Positions 62,001 to 64,000 of a stretch of 64,000 nt of DNA are shown here, one piece after another. How positions within the stretch are numbered: the first letter of the stretch is position 1; each line of letters starts with the position of its first letter. The DNA comes from Dimorphilus gyrociliatus. Taxonomy: Eukaryota; Animalia; Annelida. A model generated the notes under the pieces. It saw only the letters and a program-made list of their open reading frames with translations, had not been told where the DNA came from and ran no database searches. The position numbers were made by a program, and so were the translations under genes. Where the stretch lies: assembly GCA_904063045.1 (NCBI GenBank), contig CAJFCJ010000011.1:496001-560000 (forward strand), written 5' to 3'.

Positions 62001-64000
62001 AAATTCTTCCTACTGCTCAACGATTGTTAGACGAATTACTCTCCTGTCAAAATACAGCTATTAATACTGTTAGAGGGGCCCCGGATCCAACAGCTGGACC
62101 TTCTGCAGCGGAACATACGACCTGGTGCCTGGATGAGAACACCTTGTATGATAATATTAGAAAGACTTTAGGAAAATTTTGTGTAGCCTCTCCAGTGGTA
62201 TTTAGTGATGTTAACTACTTGTCCAGTTCCGCTCCCCCAGCAGCAACAGAATGGCAAAGTTTACTTCGTCCACTTCGAGGACGAGAACCGGAAGGCATGT
62301 GGAACTTGCTGTCCATTATTAGGGAAATGTACAAAAGGAATGATAATAATGCTGTTCCTTTGTTGGAGATTGTTACAGAAGCGGTTCTTAAAACCGACCA
62401 ACTTCTCATATGGTGGTTTACTACCAAAGTTTCGTCCAGCTATTGTGCTCAAGGGGTAACCAACACTAGCAATGGCCGAAATGGAGGCTCTAGCCCTAAT
62501 AGCCCATATGCAGGATCGTCATTATGTGATGAAGTTGTGCAGTTATGGCGAATAGCTGCTCTTAAGCCAGGACTGGATGCGAACCACCGTCGTGAATTAG
62601 CAACCCAACTTCGCTCGTGGCATATGTCTTGCATAGAAATAGTTAAAAAGGGAAAGACATCACCTTCTGGCAGCATTAGAAAAGCTGATATAGAATTATT
62701 TCCAGGTTTCAAACCAGCTATAGAAGCAACTCAGCTAGATTGGAAAAACTTTGTGTTACCAGGATCAAATCAGGTTGCTTCTTGCACCAGACCATGGCGG
62801 CTAAGGAAGAGAGAATCCCACAGTCCTATGCAGAAGGTGAGACATAAATCTTTGGCTGATTCCGCTAGCTCTAGCTCCGAAGGATTTTGCGACAATGCCT
62901 TGCCCAATTTGGATTCTGATGATGATGATTTAGACAGGATTTACGTTTATGATCCTCACTTGCTGCGTCATAAAATGGCTGCTGCAGAAAATGAAAGTCG
63001 CAAAGATGACACGAATTATTTTGCTGGAATTAGGAAAATTGATAGTGAACAAGATATTCTCTATGCCAGAGCTGAGGCTCTGTATGCTCATGGCTTCTCT
63101 TCGGAGGCTTGTACCGTTGCAAGGCAATTGGCCGAGAGTATGTTAGCTGATACACCGAATACCCAGGATATTCAAGAAGAAGCAAAGAAAAAACGATTAG
63201 TCAACCAGGCTGCAACGTTTAACATGTGCTCATTTTCGACAACAACTCTAGCAAAAGCATGGTTCTTATGCAGTGTTCTGGCAGAGGATGTACATAGCTA
63301 TCATCTATGTTTTGATTTAGGTCTATTTGCCTTGGAGATGCCCCGTTCTCCGGGATGTAACAAGGCTTTGGAAGTAAAGTTGGCTCACCAGGAAGCCGAA
63401 TTAGCTAGTTTGTTAAAAAAGATTCCCTTACAAGCATCTGAACATCAGAAGATTCGACAAAGAGCTGAACAGCTAAGGTCAGGAAAACTAAAGTCAAGAG
63501 GGGAGTCAATGCTCCCATTATCATTAGCTGCTTTTGTCTTTGATTCTCTTTGCCTTTCAAAAACGGCATCTGCTTGCTCTCGATCTAAAGAGGACGAAGA
63601 ATTAGGGTTTGATGCGGCAGTTGCTGCTCTTGGATTAAAAGCTAACGTCAGCGAAGCGGAACACCCACTCCTTTGTGAAGGTACAAGAAGACAGAGAGGA
63701 GATTTAGCAGTAACCATGCTATTACACTACAAGGATGATCAATCAAAGTTAGACCGAATTTTGGAAAGGCTGCTAGACAGAGAAGTACATCCGGCCTTTA
63801 AAGTACCTTCTTTTTCTGCTTACACATCTATGGGAACGAAAACTTTCAATCCTTCAGCATTTTCTGTTTCTGTGCAACAACAGCAACAATATAAATCCTT
63901 GGCTGCTACTAGAGAAGAAAAAGTTGAAGATTATTTAGAAAGAAGACTAAGTGAGCTTTCTACAACTGAGGATGAAGAGCAAGACAGTAAGGAGAGATGG
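59024..64000 (+). CDS. ZSWIM8: ZSWIM8 / EBAX-1 / Dora Cullin-RING substrate adaptor; exon 1 59024-59219, exon 2 from 61464, truncated by window end
   Basis: SFDDSDRFEEEDSICSWISEPDSLVNNWRGW; PEQLQLRIAFWSFPENEEDIRLYSCLANG; SWIM finger CTC..WCAH; LRPLRGREPEG; EAEHPLLCEGTRR. Exon 2 was open wherever I spot-checked it, including the last codons of the window. Confidence 0.95.
61307..61326. promoter_or_regulatory. CRE half-site plus full CRE within the 12-bp palindrome TATGACGTCATA, ZSWIM8 intron 1
   Basis: Sequence GCTATGACGCGCTATGACGTCATA, a tandem GCTATGACG duplication. Confidence 0.35.

Noticed and set aside
1-64000. CRISPR arrays, transposases, reverse transcriptases, rRNA, prokaryotic defence systems
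   Set aside because: None seen; the window is spliceosomal eukaryotic DNA with only microsatellite-level repeats.

Overview
AT-rich (about 30% GC by eye), gene-dense eukaryotic DNA from a compact metazoan genome with mostly 50-100 bp GT-AG introns. The gene content (TEP1, ANKS6, alpha9-like nAChR, acylated globin) fits a miniaturised lophotrochozoan such as the annelid Dimorphilus; this is an inference only. Gene order: acylated globin (+), VPS72/YL1 (-), MRPL4 (-), GOLGA4 (+), small orphan (+), alpha9/10-like nAChR (+), RAB39 (+), MORN2 (-), divergent calreticulin (-), Tyr-motif orphan (+), tRNA-Lys(CTT) (+), CaaX orphan (-), about 5 kb without recognisable genes, CACNA2D alpha2-delta (-), ANKS6 (+), orphan type I membrane protein (-), MBLAC1 (+), TEP1 (-), PEX2 (-), ZSWIM8 (+, runs off the window). 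I saw no CRISPR array, rRNA or recognisable transposon. Main findings: (1) the alpha2-delta gene has two pairs of duplicated, apparently mutually exclusive exons, one in the VWA MIDAS helix and one carrying the Tyr/Asp of the dCache1 amino-acid/gabapentinoid pocket; (2) a calreticulin paralogue has an in-frame Arg/Met-rich basic tail, compositionally like the human oncogenic CALR frameshift tail, and a masked REEL signal; (3) an orphan protein is packed with SH2-type tyrosine motifs; (4) a CTCF-like motif occurs three times. All exon structures were spliced by hand and gene names come from remembered homologue sequences, with no database search.
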